The notes under the pieces are model-generated. The model did not search any database. It saw only the letters and a program-made list of their open reading frames with translations, and was not told the origin of the DNA. Made by a program: the position numbers and the translations under genes. Of a stretch of 64,000 nt of DNA, positions 21,201-33,470 are shown piece after piece. Position 1 is the stretch's first letter, and each line of letters starts with the position of its first letter. The stretch is from Rebecca billardiae RCC1528 (taxonomy: Eukaryota > Protista > Haptophyta), in contig OZ251232.1 in assembly GCA_965240325.2 (NCBI GenBank), forward strand, positions 1,612,001 to 1,676,000, given 5' to 3'.

Positions 21201-24200
21201 GGCGGCGCGGGCCTCGTCGGCGGTGGCGGCGCGGGAGCGGAGCGCGCTTCGGGCGCGTCCGCGAGCGGCGGCAGCCCCGACGACGACCTGCTCAAGCTGT
21301 TCGCGGCCGACCTCCAGCGCCTCGGCGCGTTCGTGCGCAGGCTGGCGTCGCGATCACGCGCGCTGAGCACAGCTGCGAGCACAGCGGCGCGGCTGTCGCG
21401 CGAGGCGAAGCGCGCCGCGTCGTGCAACACGATGCGCGCGAGCGGCGCCGACTCGGCAGGCGGCGTGAGCGACGCCGAGAGCGGGAAGCCGCGGCCCAGC
21501 AGCGGCGGTGGCGGGAGCGGCGGCGGGAGCGGCGGCGCGGGCGGCGGCGCGGGCGGCGCGGGCGGCGGGAGCGGCGGCGCCGGCAGCGGCGCCGGCGGCG
21601 GCGCGGGCGGCGCGGGCGGCGCGAGCGCGGACGCGCACGGCGGCGGCGGGAGCGCGCACAATGGCTGCCGCTCGCCGGCGCGGCAGCCGGCCATGCCGGT
21701 CGTCGTGCGCAAGTCGAGCGGCGTGCGCACGCGCGACACGGTCGCGCTCGACGGCACGACGAGCACCGACGGCGGCGGCATCGGCGGCGGCGCGCGAGAC
21801 TCTTCGAGCGATGACGACTCGGACGAGGGCGGTGCAGAGGGGCGGCAGTCGATGCCTGCGTCGGTGCTGATCGAGATGTCGGCGCCGCAGGTGTCCGCGC
21901 TGAGCGGCGGGCTGCTCGCCGAGCGCGAGGGCGGCGCGGACGGCGCGGTCGCCGCCGCCGCCGCCGGCGGTGCCGGCGCGCACGGAGCCTGCGAGGGCCC
22001 CGCAAGCTGCGGTGGCTCGTGCGCGGCCGGCGCCGCCGGCGCCGCCGGCGTGGCGCCGCCGCCGGGCACTGGCTGCCTCGAGGTGGCGATGCCTGGGGCG
22101 AGCGCCGCCGGCAGCGCGCCGGCGAGCCCGGGCGCCGCCTCGTCGCGCTCGGCGCGCTCGTCGCGCTCCATGTCGCGCTGGGCGGGCGTGCAGCGCCAGC
22201 TGCGCCGATCGCGCCGATCGGACTCGCCTCCGGCCACGCCCGGCGCGCGCGAGCAGCGCGTGACGCAGTGGGTTCTGCACGCGAGGCTGAAACGTCTTTC
22301 GCTGCACAAGCGGCTGACGATGGCGGGGAAGGAGGCGGAGGTGGGGCGGATGTACGCCGAGCAGCTCACGCTGTGGCGCGCGGGCGCGGTCACCCCGCAC
22401 CCGCGGCCGCACGGCCTCGACCCGGAGTTCGAAAAGGGCTCTTCGCGATGCGGCTCGACTCTGGGTGACGCGTTTCATCTGGTGGCCCTCGAGGCGGCGC
22501 GCGCGAGCAAGCAGTCGGACGCCGCGCCCAGCTGCGCGGCAGGCGGCGGGACGGGCGGGCGCGGCGGCGCGGCGGGCTCCGGGCCCTCCTCGCCCGCCGC
22601 GTGTGCGCACGCGCGCGCCAGCAGCCCGATGCGCCTCACCTCGATGGGGGGCTCGTTTGGCGGACAGCCGTCCGGCGGCGCGGCCGACTCGGCGTCGGCC
22701 GTGTCGGGCGCGGCGCGGCACACGAGCAGCGGCGAGCAGATCGGCCTGCCGTGCCGCCCGCCGCCCGTGCTCGCGGGCTCGAGCCTGGAGTGCGCGCGCG
22801 CGGGCGCGCCCGCGCCCGCCGTGCCGCCGTCGCCGCGCTCCGCGCGCGGCGGCATGGGCCGCTTCGCGCGCTCGGCCTCGTGGCGGGACATGTCAGCGGG
22901 CGCGGCGGGCGCGGTCGCGTCTCATGTTAAGACGATGGCGCAGGCGCTCGGCTTCGACGGCGTGGACGCGTCGGCGCTGAAGGGGCTGCAGGGGCGCTCG
23001 TTCTTCGTGCTCGCCCCCGACCACCCGCTCCGATCCCGCCTCTACGCGCTCGTCCGCCACTCGTGGTTCGAGTCAATCGTTCTGGTGCTCATCCTCGGCT
23101 CGTGCGTCGCGCTCGTCGTCGACGAACGTGTCGCGCTCGCGCGCGACCGCGCCGCCGACTCGGAGGCGGAGGCGTCGCTCGAGGGGTGGGAGCCGGTGGT
23201 GCACGTGCTCAACATCGCGTTCGCCTGCCTCTTCGGCCTCGAGATGCTCATCCGGATGGTCGTGCAGGGCGTGCTCCTCGGCGCGCCCGCGGACGAGGAC
23301 ACGGTGGGCCCGTACTTGCAAGACCCGTGGAATCAGCTCGACGCGCTCATCGTCGTCGTCTCCGTCGTCTCGCTCTTCCCCGCGGCGTCGCAGTTCTCGA
23401 CGCTGCGGCTGTTCCGCACGCTGCGCGCGTTCCGCCCGCTCCGCCTCGTGCACCGGCTGCCCGGGCTGCGCATCGTCGTGAACGCGCTGCTCCGCTCGAT
23501 CCCGAAGGTGTGCACGATGCTTTTTCTCTACGTCTTCTTCTTGCTCATCGTCGGCATCCTTGGCGTCAACCAGTTCGGCGGCAAGTTCACGCGCTGCGTG
23601 GACGCGGAGGGCTCGCTCGTGCCGGTGGACGCGATGCTCGCGCGGCGCGAGCTCAACCCCCTCATCCCGCCCGACGACTGGATGGCGCTGTGCCTGCACG
23701 GCGCGCCGCTCGGCTGGACGTGGGAAGTGCCCACGCCCAACTTTGATTCCGTCGCGCTCGCCATGCTGATGCTCTTCGAGGTGTCGACGTTCGAGGGGTG
23801 GCCGGACATGATGTACTCGGCGATGGACGCGCCGAGCGTGGTGGGCGCGCAGGCGATGCGCGAGGCGCACGTCGAGCGCGCCCTCTTCTTCGTCTTCGCC
23901 GTGATCATCTTCGCCTTCTTTTTGACGAACCTGTTTGTTGGCGTTGTGATCGACAACTTCAATCAGCTCAAGGCGGAGATGGAGGGCAAGGCGGTGATGA
24001 CCGAGTCGCAGCTCGAGTGGGTCGAGGCGCAGCGGCTGATCTTTCGGCACCGGCCGAAGATCAAGGTGCACGAGCCGATCAACCGCATCCGCCGCGCGTG
24101 CTTCCGCCTCGTCTACTCCGAGACGACATACGTCGCGGCGCGCCGGCCGCTCGGCCCGCGCTCGCGAGCCGCAGACGATCCGGCGCCGCCCGAGCCGAGC

Positions 24201-26741
24201 GGCCGGCGCAGCAGCGTCGTCGACGCGGTGCGCTGCTCGGCCGCGCGCGTGGCGAGCCCGTCGGCGCGGCAGAGCAGGGCCAGCGGCACCGTCGCGCCGG
24301 CGCCCGCGGACGGCGGCGGCGGCGGGGGCGGCGGCGGCGGTGGGACCGGTGACGGCGGCGGCGCGGCGGCCGTGGCCGCGGCCGACGGTGCGAACGGCGC
24401 CGCCGCCGCCGTCGCCGTCGCCGCCGACGACGAGGGCAGGGCGCGCAACAGGCGTGGCAGCCGCGGCAAGCGCACCGCGGTGGTCGCGCCCGCGCCGCCC
24501 GGCGCCTCCTCCGCGCCGAGCACGCCGCCGCCGCTGCAAATACGCGTCACGCAGACGCCGCCGCCGGGCGCGACACCACCGGGCTCGCCGCCGCTGCTCG
24601 CGCTTCGCGGCGTCGCGACCGACGCAGCGAATCGGGTGGGCCTCCACCTGGACGTGCGCTCGTCTCGGCTCTCGCTCGAGTCGTCGGTGAGCTACACGAC
24701 CGAGCGCGCGCGCCAGCTGCTCGAGCGCGGGTACTACGGCCAGTACTTTGACCTCTTCATCATGACGTGCGTGCTTCTCAACATTGCGGTGATGATGACG
24801 CAGTTCCACGGCCAGCCCTCGGCAAAGGACGCCGCGCACATGTGGATCAACATGGGGTTCGGGCTGATCTACGCGGTGGAGGCGGCGCTCAAGATCACCG
24901 CGTACACGTTCGGCCGGTACATCGCCGACGGGTGGAACGCCTTCGACTTCTTCCTCGTGCTCGTCTCCGTCCTCACCACCGCGTCGCTGTTGTACGCGCT
25001 CGGCGCGACCGGAGACGTGACGGGTAGCAGCGTAGTCGTCGGCGCGTTCCCGCCGTCGATCTTCCGCATCCTGCGCATCTTCCGCGTGATGCGCGTGCTC
25101 AAGCTGGTGCGCTCGCTCAAGCAGCTGCGCATGCTGATGCAGACGCTCTGGCTCTCCTTCCCCGCGCTCGCCAACATCGGCGTGATCCTCGTGCTTCTCG
25201 TCTTCATCTTCTCAGTGCTCGGCATGTCACTCTTCGGGCGCGTGCGCCTGCCGGGGGACTTCACCGGCGGGCTGGACGAGCACGCCAACTTTGGCACGTT
25301 CGCGCAGTCGGTGCTCACGCACGTGCGGATGATGTTCGGCGAGGCCTGGAACGCGATCATGTGGGACTGCGTCGACAAGGGGTACAACAACGGCGCGCCC
25401 GACGGCGTGACAATCGCCTTCTTTGTCTCGTATCAATTTGTGATGGGCTTCGTCTGCCTCAACCTCGCCGTCGCCGTGATCCTCGACTTCTTCGACGAGG
25501 CGGGGCGCGAGGACGAGCGCGTGCTCAAGGTGCGGCCGGCGGGGCGCGCGCGCCTCCCCCCGCGCGCGCGGAACGGGCGGCGCGTCCGGAGCGGCGCGCG
25601 GCCAAGCGGAGCGAGGGCGCGCGCGCGCGCCGCGCGGCTCGCGGCGGCGCGGCGCGGCAGCGTGCGGGAGCCCGCGCGCGGGCGCACGCTGACCCCGCCG
25701 CCCGCCCGCACGCGCGCGCGCGCGCCAGGCGTCCGACGTGGAGCTCTTCGCGCGGTGCTGGGCCGAGTACGACCCGCACGCGCGGCACACGATCCGAACG
25801 GAGCAGCTGGGGCTGCTGCTCCGTGACGTGCCGCCGCCGCTCGGCTGCCCGTGGTCGGGCGTGGCTGAGAAGGACGAGGCGACGATCCGCGAGTGCCTCG
25901 CCGTCTCGGCCATCCCGGACTTCGGCGGACGCGTGCACTACGTCGACGTGATCACCCGGCTGGCGCTCTTCAACACGTTCCTCGAGAGGCTGCATGTGCG
26001 CGCCGCGCGACGCACACGAAAGCGTGCTCGGCGCCGCGCCGGCCGCGCCGCGCGCGCGCGAGCGCGTCGTTGTGCGCGCCTCGCTCACCCCGCCGCGCGT
26101 CCCGCTCGCCGTCGGGCCGCCCTCGCGCCCTCCCTCCCTCTCGCCTGCGCGCACGACAGGCGGAGTACGTGCTGCTCCTCTCGCAGAAGGAGCAGCGGCT
26201 GCCCAACGCCAAGGTGATGGCGAAGCTGCAAGGAGAGTTTGAGATGCGCTACGACCGCGTGTTCAAATCGATCCGCGAGCTGCCGACGCAGACGGGCACG
26301 ACGGCGGACATGATCGACAGCATCATCGAGTACATGCGCGCGCACCTGGACAGGCCGCCCAGCCCCACCCCGCACGGCTCGCCCGCGCCGACCGCGCTGA
26401 ACGGCGCGCTCGAGGAGGCCGCGCGCGGCGAGCTGCGCGAGGCTTACGCGGCCAACTCGCTTGCGCCACGCGCGGCCGCAACGGCCGACGGCGGCAGCGC
26501 GCCCGTGCCGGCGGGTGCAGACCCGGGCAGACGAGGCGGCGTGGCGGGCGACGCGGCGGCGGACGCCCACGGCGGCATGTCGCCGGCCGCGGAGTCTGGC
26601 GCCAGCGACAAGGCGCGCAGCGCACCCGGGCGTGCGCACGAGGGCGCGACGAGCGCAGCGGGCGACACGGATGGCGGCGGCACGCATGCCATCGTCAACA
26701 ACGGGCTCGGCGGCGCGGGCGCCCAGTCGCCGCCGCACTGA
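18293..26741 (+). CDS. Four-domain voltage-gated Ca2+ channel alpha-1 subunit (EEEE filter), 4 exons
   Basis: Four S4 segments (RAARVLRAVR; RSLRTFRLLRVFKLAR; RLFRTLRAFRPLR; RILRIFRVMRVLKLVR). P-loops MTGEDW, LTTENW, STFEGW and MFGEAW. C-terminal EF-like WAEYDP. Introns 19118-19382, 25530-25728 and 25996-26159. Confidence 0.95.
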
Positions 26742-29100
26742 GCGCGGACGGGCGGCGCACCGCACGCGCCACGCATACACCGGGCCCTCAGTCTCAGGGC
26801 AGCCACCAGCCGCCTTGGGAGCCGGGCCTGCGGGGCGTCGCGGGGCGCGCGTCGCAGTGCATGCGCATGGCGGCCAGCTGCTGGCGCGGAGGCCGCCGTC
26901 CGCCGGCCGTGCAGACAGAGTCGTTGCAGTTCGCGACCGCCGAGTGATGCTGCGCGTCATATACTGTACGCGGATTACTAATATACGACTACATACGCTG
27001 GTGCCATACGCATACTAGCTCAGTCTACAGGGCGCGGTTAGACTACTCAGACGTACGTACGACTGCGAGTCTGGTGATGATGATCGCGCGACTGCTAGTC
27101 ACTGCTACTACCGTCGTATCATGATGGCGGCGCCGCGTCATGATCCGGTCGTCAGACGATGGAGGCTCATCATGCAGTAGTAGGGCTGTATAGGTGCGAC
27201 AGCGGCGGTCGACCGGCGCTGCCAGGCCGCCAGCAGCAGACTGCGCGGCCGTGCGCCATCCTGCCGAGCGGCAGCCGCGCCCGCGGTATTCGCCGGGCCG
27301 CGGGCGTACTTCATCGGTATAACTTGAGGGCGAGGCGGCCCTGACGGCGACGCCGCCGCCATATATCGGGCAGCCGTACGGTGCCACGAGAGTGCTACTC
27401 GGTCGTCAGCAGGTAGTAGCTATATATAGCGCAGCGCATTCGCACTTCACCGACTACGCAGCGGGTATGGCCTATGCGGCTTCGGCGCGCAGCCGACAGC
27501 TACTAGTCATCAGCTTACACGGACAGTTACAGTGCTTGTAACTTACACGGTCGTAGCTAACTACGACTCCGCACGAGGCACGACTATACGCGCGGTATTT
27601 CCGGGCGGTGGCGGGATTAACTCGCGGCCAGTCGTCAGTCGAACTCAACCGCGCCGTGCCATAGTCGCCAGTGACGTACTGCATGTCAGCATGACGCGGG
27701 GCTGTCTCGCGGCGCCTGCTTATTCGCCTTCATTGTAGTTGAATTATTTGATGATGACGACTACGCTGCGCGGCTTACGCGGACAGATTCAGACCAGCAT
27801 CGCATCGGCACAAGTATAGCTTATTAGTAGCAGTAGTACTCTCTGCTCTCTTTATATGTATATATCTATATAGCAGAGGACAGACTCTACCGAAGAGCTA
27901 CGCGTAACAGTGGCCCACTAGCTTGAGTGGCACGCGTGTGCGAAAATAACAATGTCGGCAGCCACTCTCGGGTTCGGCCAGCGGTCCGTGACTCGGGCTC
28001 GGCGCGCGGGACCGCTGTGGGGGCCCTGAGCGGTCTCGCGGCCCCTGTGCCGGGTGATTCATCATCGTGGTTGTGGTAGTATGTGTGGTCTGATACGGAA
28101 AGGGCGATGGTTGTGGCCATGAGCTGTGCATGGTCCACACACCGAAGGCCGCAGTCCCAATTCTTGGCGCGACGGCATGCAAGCAACCAAGATGCCAACG
28201 TGCCAACGCCACCTACCAGGGCCCCGGGCGAGCCGAGCGCTGCCGGAACAACGCGTGGCGAAGACGATGGGTCTACGCGACCACACCTGCCGCATATGGT
28301 GAGCTCGCCCTTGCGCTGCCTGCCGGCAAGTACGCACACTGTGTTTGGTCGTACGGCACGTCGGTCCGTGACGGATCGCGTGCACACAGCTGAGGTGGTG
28401 CGCACAGATGGACGCGTGAGAGTTCTCCAGCACGAATTGACGCGCTCGACATCTAGCGCGCGCGCGACGGTGGGCTGTCATGAGCCACGAGTCGTCGTGC
28501 GCGCAGTTTGAGCCGCGAAGTGGCATGGCGCAAGTTGCAGCGAGCGAGCGCGATCGATCGACGTGGTGAGAGAGCAACGAGGTCGTTCAGTTCCCGCCGA
28601 TTCAGTGCGCGAGATGCGCAAAAATAAACTTTCTGTGACTGCGGTTACTCGTGCTGGCCAAAAATAGACGGTTTATTCATTCGGGATGACTAGTGGCTCG
28701 CGGTTGGTAGAGGTTCGAATCGTTCGATACGTATTCTTTAGATCGAACTGCTGATGCGACCATTTTCCAGAGTCATCTGCGCCCAACTGACGACAAACGC
28801 TGCCACTCAATTGGTCATGGTTAAACCATCGCCTTCATCGAAAGCAATAAGTTCACAAGTACCGCAGCCATATCGACCGCACGGACACTTGCCGCAAGAG
28901 GACCAATCACAGGCGATCCCAGCGCGGAAGACGCGCAGAAATGGCCAGAAATAGCACGGCTTGGGTACGTTGCCCGGCGCCACCCGTTTGCACCTATTGT
29001 GAGCTTGTCATTTTGCTGAGCTCAAGAATCGCAGAACACACAGAGGCTGCGTTCGTGAGCAGCGCCAAACGTTGCCACGTACGGCGTCGCGCCTCGCGGC

Positions 29101-32100
29101 ATGAGAACCCTGCTCGGCTTGGCCTCGACAGCGCGGGACGGCCTCATTATCGTCACCGACCCGGGTCCAGATCCAGATGACGTGAAGGTGGGCCGCTCGG
29201 CGCGCATCGCGCCGCTCCGTCTGTCCACACGCCGTTCGCCCCGCTCACCGCCGTCCCGTGTGCGCCTGCTCTCGCTGCGCGCGTGTGTCCGCTGTTTGCA
29301 GGCACTTCTCATCGCAGCGATCCTGCACAAGCAGGGCCAGCTCGACCTGCTCGGAGTGGTGGCAAATGGCGGGCGTGATCCCACCTCGCGCGCTGCCCTC
29401 GCCCGGTGCATCCTCGACCACGTCGGCGAGCGCGACGTGCCTGTGGGCGTCGGTACCGCGTCGCCGAGCGATGCGCCGCCAATGCCGCACGAGTTCTCGC
29501 TCGAGGGCTTCGAGTCGGTGGACCGGAGCCGGCTAGAGGACGGGGCGCGCCTGCTAGTACGCGTATTGGAGGCCGCGCCCACCGCGAGCGTCACGATCCT
29601 GCTCATCTCCAGCCTGCGTGACTTTGCGGACATTGCTCGCACTCGTCCAGAGCTGGTGCTCGCCAAGGTGAGGGAGGTGGCCATCATGGGCGGGCTCGTC
29701 CCCGACGACGACGCGCCGGGCGGGTACGCGGCGGACGCGGCGACGAACAACAACTTCGACCGAGGCGCCGCCACCTTCACCTACCGCTTCTGCTTCGAGC
29801 AGGGCATGCCGATGACGGTCGTCTCTCGGCACATCATCCCGATGTTGCCGATGCACCTCGCGCGCTCCTTTGCCGACCGCACGGAGTGCCCCGTGATGCG
29901 CTACCTCGCCGACGCGCAGTTTCTCGGCCTCGCGGGTGCGCGCGCGCTGCGCCCATACGGCGTATCGTCACCGTGCGGTTGGCACCTCGCAGCGCCACGC
30001 GCTCGCATGCGCTCGCCGTATGCGCTCATCCCCACCCCCTGCATTTGCGCGTGGTGCGACGCGCATGTTGTTGTGGGTGGCGGCGGCGAGCAGGGCTCTG
30101 GAGACGGCTCTGCACAGGCGAGCTGCCTGCACGCTGCACCAAACAGTGGTACTTCGAGACCTTCTGCGACATCGACCGCTCTACATTCGAGGCACGAGGG
30201 CTCGACCGCCTTGGTGCGGACGCGGACATCATCTCGCTGCTGAACGGCTACGTGAAACCGTGCGCGCGCAAACGCGCCCTGCCACTGCTGCTGCCTGCCG
30301 CGCTGCCGACTTTTGCACATTGCCAGTCTGCCACCGCCAGCCTGCCCAACCAGCCCGCCGGGTGGCCAGCCCGGGGGCGTTGAACGTGGGGGTAGCGATC
30401 GCGCGTGCGCGGCGACCGGGGCCCTTGGCGCGCACGGCGCTCGCTCACCTCGCCCTTCTGGCTGCGCGCGCCCTGCCCACGCCGCGCACCGCACGGCAGG
30501 TACGACGTGATCGCGCTGATGGCTGTGCTCGAGCACACGCGCGGCCTCTTCGCCGACGCGCGCCACGCCGTGCAGCCTGCGGCGCGCGGCCGGAGGCCGG
30601 TGGAGCACCGCCTGCTGATCCAGCCGTGGCAGGCGCTGCCGTCCGAGCCGGTGCTCTCGCTGCTGCGCGACGTGTACATCGAGGTGGTGCTCGCGTCCAA
30701 CGGAGCCGCCGCCGATATGCCCCCGCGCCGAGGCGCGCTCGTGCGCATGTCGTCTGGCTCAGGCACCTCGGATCCCCCCGGTGGCGCCGGCGCCGGTCTC
30801 GGGCTCGGCGGGAGCGCGATGAGCGCGGCCGGTGGCTCCCAGCTCGCCACGTCGGCCGAGACGGCGGCGGCGATCGCGGCGGCGGCGGCGGCGGCGGCGG
30901 CGAGCATGCAGCACGTGCCACCGCGCGCGCGGCCGGAGAGGCTGCAGCTCCCCGTCGTCGACTCCCGGCTGCGCGCACGGCTGAGCGGCGAGGGCGCGCA
31001 CATCGTCAGCTCACCGCGCGGCTCGATGGACGAGGGCAGCTCGCCGACGCGCGCGGACAAGTTGCGCCTGCCCACGCTCGCGGAGGTCCCAATCCCGGGG
31101 CCGCTGAGCCGGGACGAGACGCTGGGCGTGCTCACCACCGCGCTTGAGCACGCGCGCGAGCTGCACCGCCGCCGCACGCCGCATGCCCTCGTCGTGGGTG
31201 CTGCGGTCGTGCTGGCGGCTCTGCTCGCGTGCGCGGCCGACTTCTTGACGACGGCGGCGCTGAGCGTCGCGGACCCTTTCCGCCGCCCACCGTTCCGAGC
31301 ACGAGTGCTGGCGTACACGTGCACGGCGTTGGCGGGCACGCCGCCCATACTCGTCTGCGTGCGGCCAGCCGGGACGCAGCGCGAGCGCATGACGCACAGC
31401 GCCAGGGCGCTCGCCGCGCTGCTCGTGGCAATCGTCGCCGCGCACGTGCGCGCGCACACGTACCGGCCGGCGATTGCGCGCGGAGCGACGACGACCGCAT
31501 GCGCGAGCGCGCTCGTGTGCGCGGGCGTGATGCTGTGGCGCGCGGAGGCGATGCGCAGGCACCGCATCTCGCCGCAGGCGGCGCTGCGCTCGCTCTGGGC
31601 CGCCGGCACCGCGTGGCTCTGTGCGTACGCCGGTTGCCTCAGCGCGATCGCGCGTGCCGAGGGCTGGCAGTGGTCGGCAGCTGCCGACGGCGCTCTCAAC
31701 GTGCTCGCGGCTGCGTGCGTCACCTGGGCGGCGTGGGCTCGGCTGCGGCGCGCAGTCCGCTGCCTCTTGCACCCGGGCACTGCCGGGCAGCTGAGCCGGC
31801 GCGAGCAGGCCATCGTCGGAAGGCTCACGCCGCTCGCGCCGCTGGCCCCGCTGCTCGGGTTTGGCGCACCGCACGAGCGCGCGGACCTCGGGAGCATCTG
31901 CCACGCGGCGGCCGTCACGCTGCGCGGCGTGAGCCTCGACCGAGCCGCGCGCACCTCGCAGTGGCTCGAGGCGGCGTTCAGCACGGTGGCAGACGGCGGC
32001 GGCGGCGGCGATGACGACTCCAGCGGTGGCGGCCTTCCCAGCGGCGTGGGGAGCGCGGGCGCCGGCCAAGGCCGCGGGCGCGCGGCGGGTCACATCTCGC

Positions 32101-32732
32101 CGCGGCGCCGCACGTCGGGTCCGGCGCTCGTGCCATCGTGGCTGCCGACGACGGGCGCGTCCAGCGCCGCGCGCATCGACGCGTATGTCTGCCACTCGCG
32201 CCACGACTCGGCCTCGGCGCGGCGCGACGCGCTGCTGCGCTGGGCGGAGCGCTTTGAGCAGCGGCACCGGCGCCCACCGCGCATCTACATCGACGGCGGC
32301 TGCGAGGACCTGTCGCTGCTGACGCACGAGCGGCTGGCGCATACACTCGTCCACCTGGCGAGCGTTCGCATACTGCTGATCCTCCCCGGGCCGCGCTTTG
32401 CCACGCAGCTGCGGCCCATCGTGCAGCTTTACTGCTGGCAGCTCATGCGCTCCGCGATCGACGTGGAGGTCAGCCTGGCGGCGCGCACCGAGCGCGGGGC
32501 GAACTCGACCATCTCGCAGTTTGACACGTTTGCCGTGGCCATGTGCGTGCCCGAGCCCGACCCGACGGAGCAGGCGTGTTTCGTGCGCGTCGTGGAGCAG
32601 GCGGGTGTGGCGCACTTCAACGAGGTCGTACGCGCCTACCTACCGGCTGTGCGCAACGCAGCATCCTCGGATGCCGCGCTTGGGGGCACGCCGAGTGCGC
32701 GCGCGACCGCCGTGCCGGCGGCGGGTCGGTGA
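29101..32732 (+). CDS. Nucleoside hydrolase (IU-NH fold) - ~6TM - TIR-like fusion protein, paralog A, 4 exons
   Basis: IIVTDPGPDPDD, VVANGG, ISSLRD, IMGG, TNNNFD and KPYD (NH domain). Six hydrophobic helices at about 31190-31740. C-terminal IDAYVCHSRHD...W...IYIDGGCED...LLILPGP...IVQL...FNEVVR (TIR-like). Introns 29188-29301, 29936-30093 and 30260-30499. Confidence 0.82.
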
Positions 32733-33470
32733 GCAGTACGACTACACGAGACTGTCTTGTACGACTTTGAGTGTCACGAACTTAGCTATGTGCTACAACA
32801 GCATCATACAGTATCGTCTTCTTGCGTACTCATTTCATTGCAGTCTGACGTACACGCTCGGCTGCGCCTTGGCACAGTGTGCTCTCGCCTAATTGACACC
32901 AACTCACTCATCGCTGCTTGTAACCCGGTGATCAAACTCAAAGACTACACCCATTCACTTTCAGACTGTCATCACGCGAGTAAAAATGAACCGCGGAGAA
33001 ACCATCATCATCCTCCTCCATTTACGAACCGCTTCATATTGGGATGATGGTAGTTGATCATTGACATTGATGATCGACCACTAAGATCGGAACTGAATTT
33101 CATGAAGGGAATAAGATACTATGGAGATAGTTTCGTCAGGGTTTGGGTACGGTTTCACCGTTTCAAACTGTCAACGTCGTAATACGGTATTATGAACACC
33201 GGACTTTTACGATGGAGTCGCCGTCAGCCGCGGCGGTGCATCAAGTCCAGCTTTGACTGAGACGTCATCCTTGGCCCCCTGACGCATTGTTGTCCTCCGT
33301 TGGACTCGTAGCTGAAGTGAACTTCGCCCGCTCATCCGGTAGCAGCTCGCGTGGCCGATCAGCCGCCAGACGCAGGAGTCAGAGGTATCCGGTCGCGCAA
33401 GTGGACGAGACACGAGTGCTTCGCCTGAAGCGACGAGAGGTGTCAGTGTGTCGCTGCATAGAGGCTGCCA

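Noticed and set aside
27000-29050. Short ORFs in the 2-kb gap after the channel gene
   Set aside because: No recognisable motifs, coding-like bias, TIRs or LTRs could be supported by eye.
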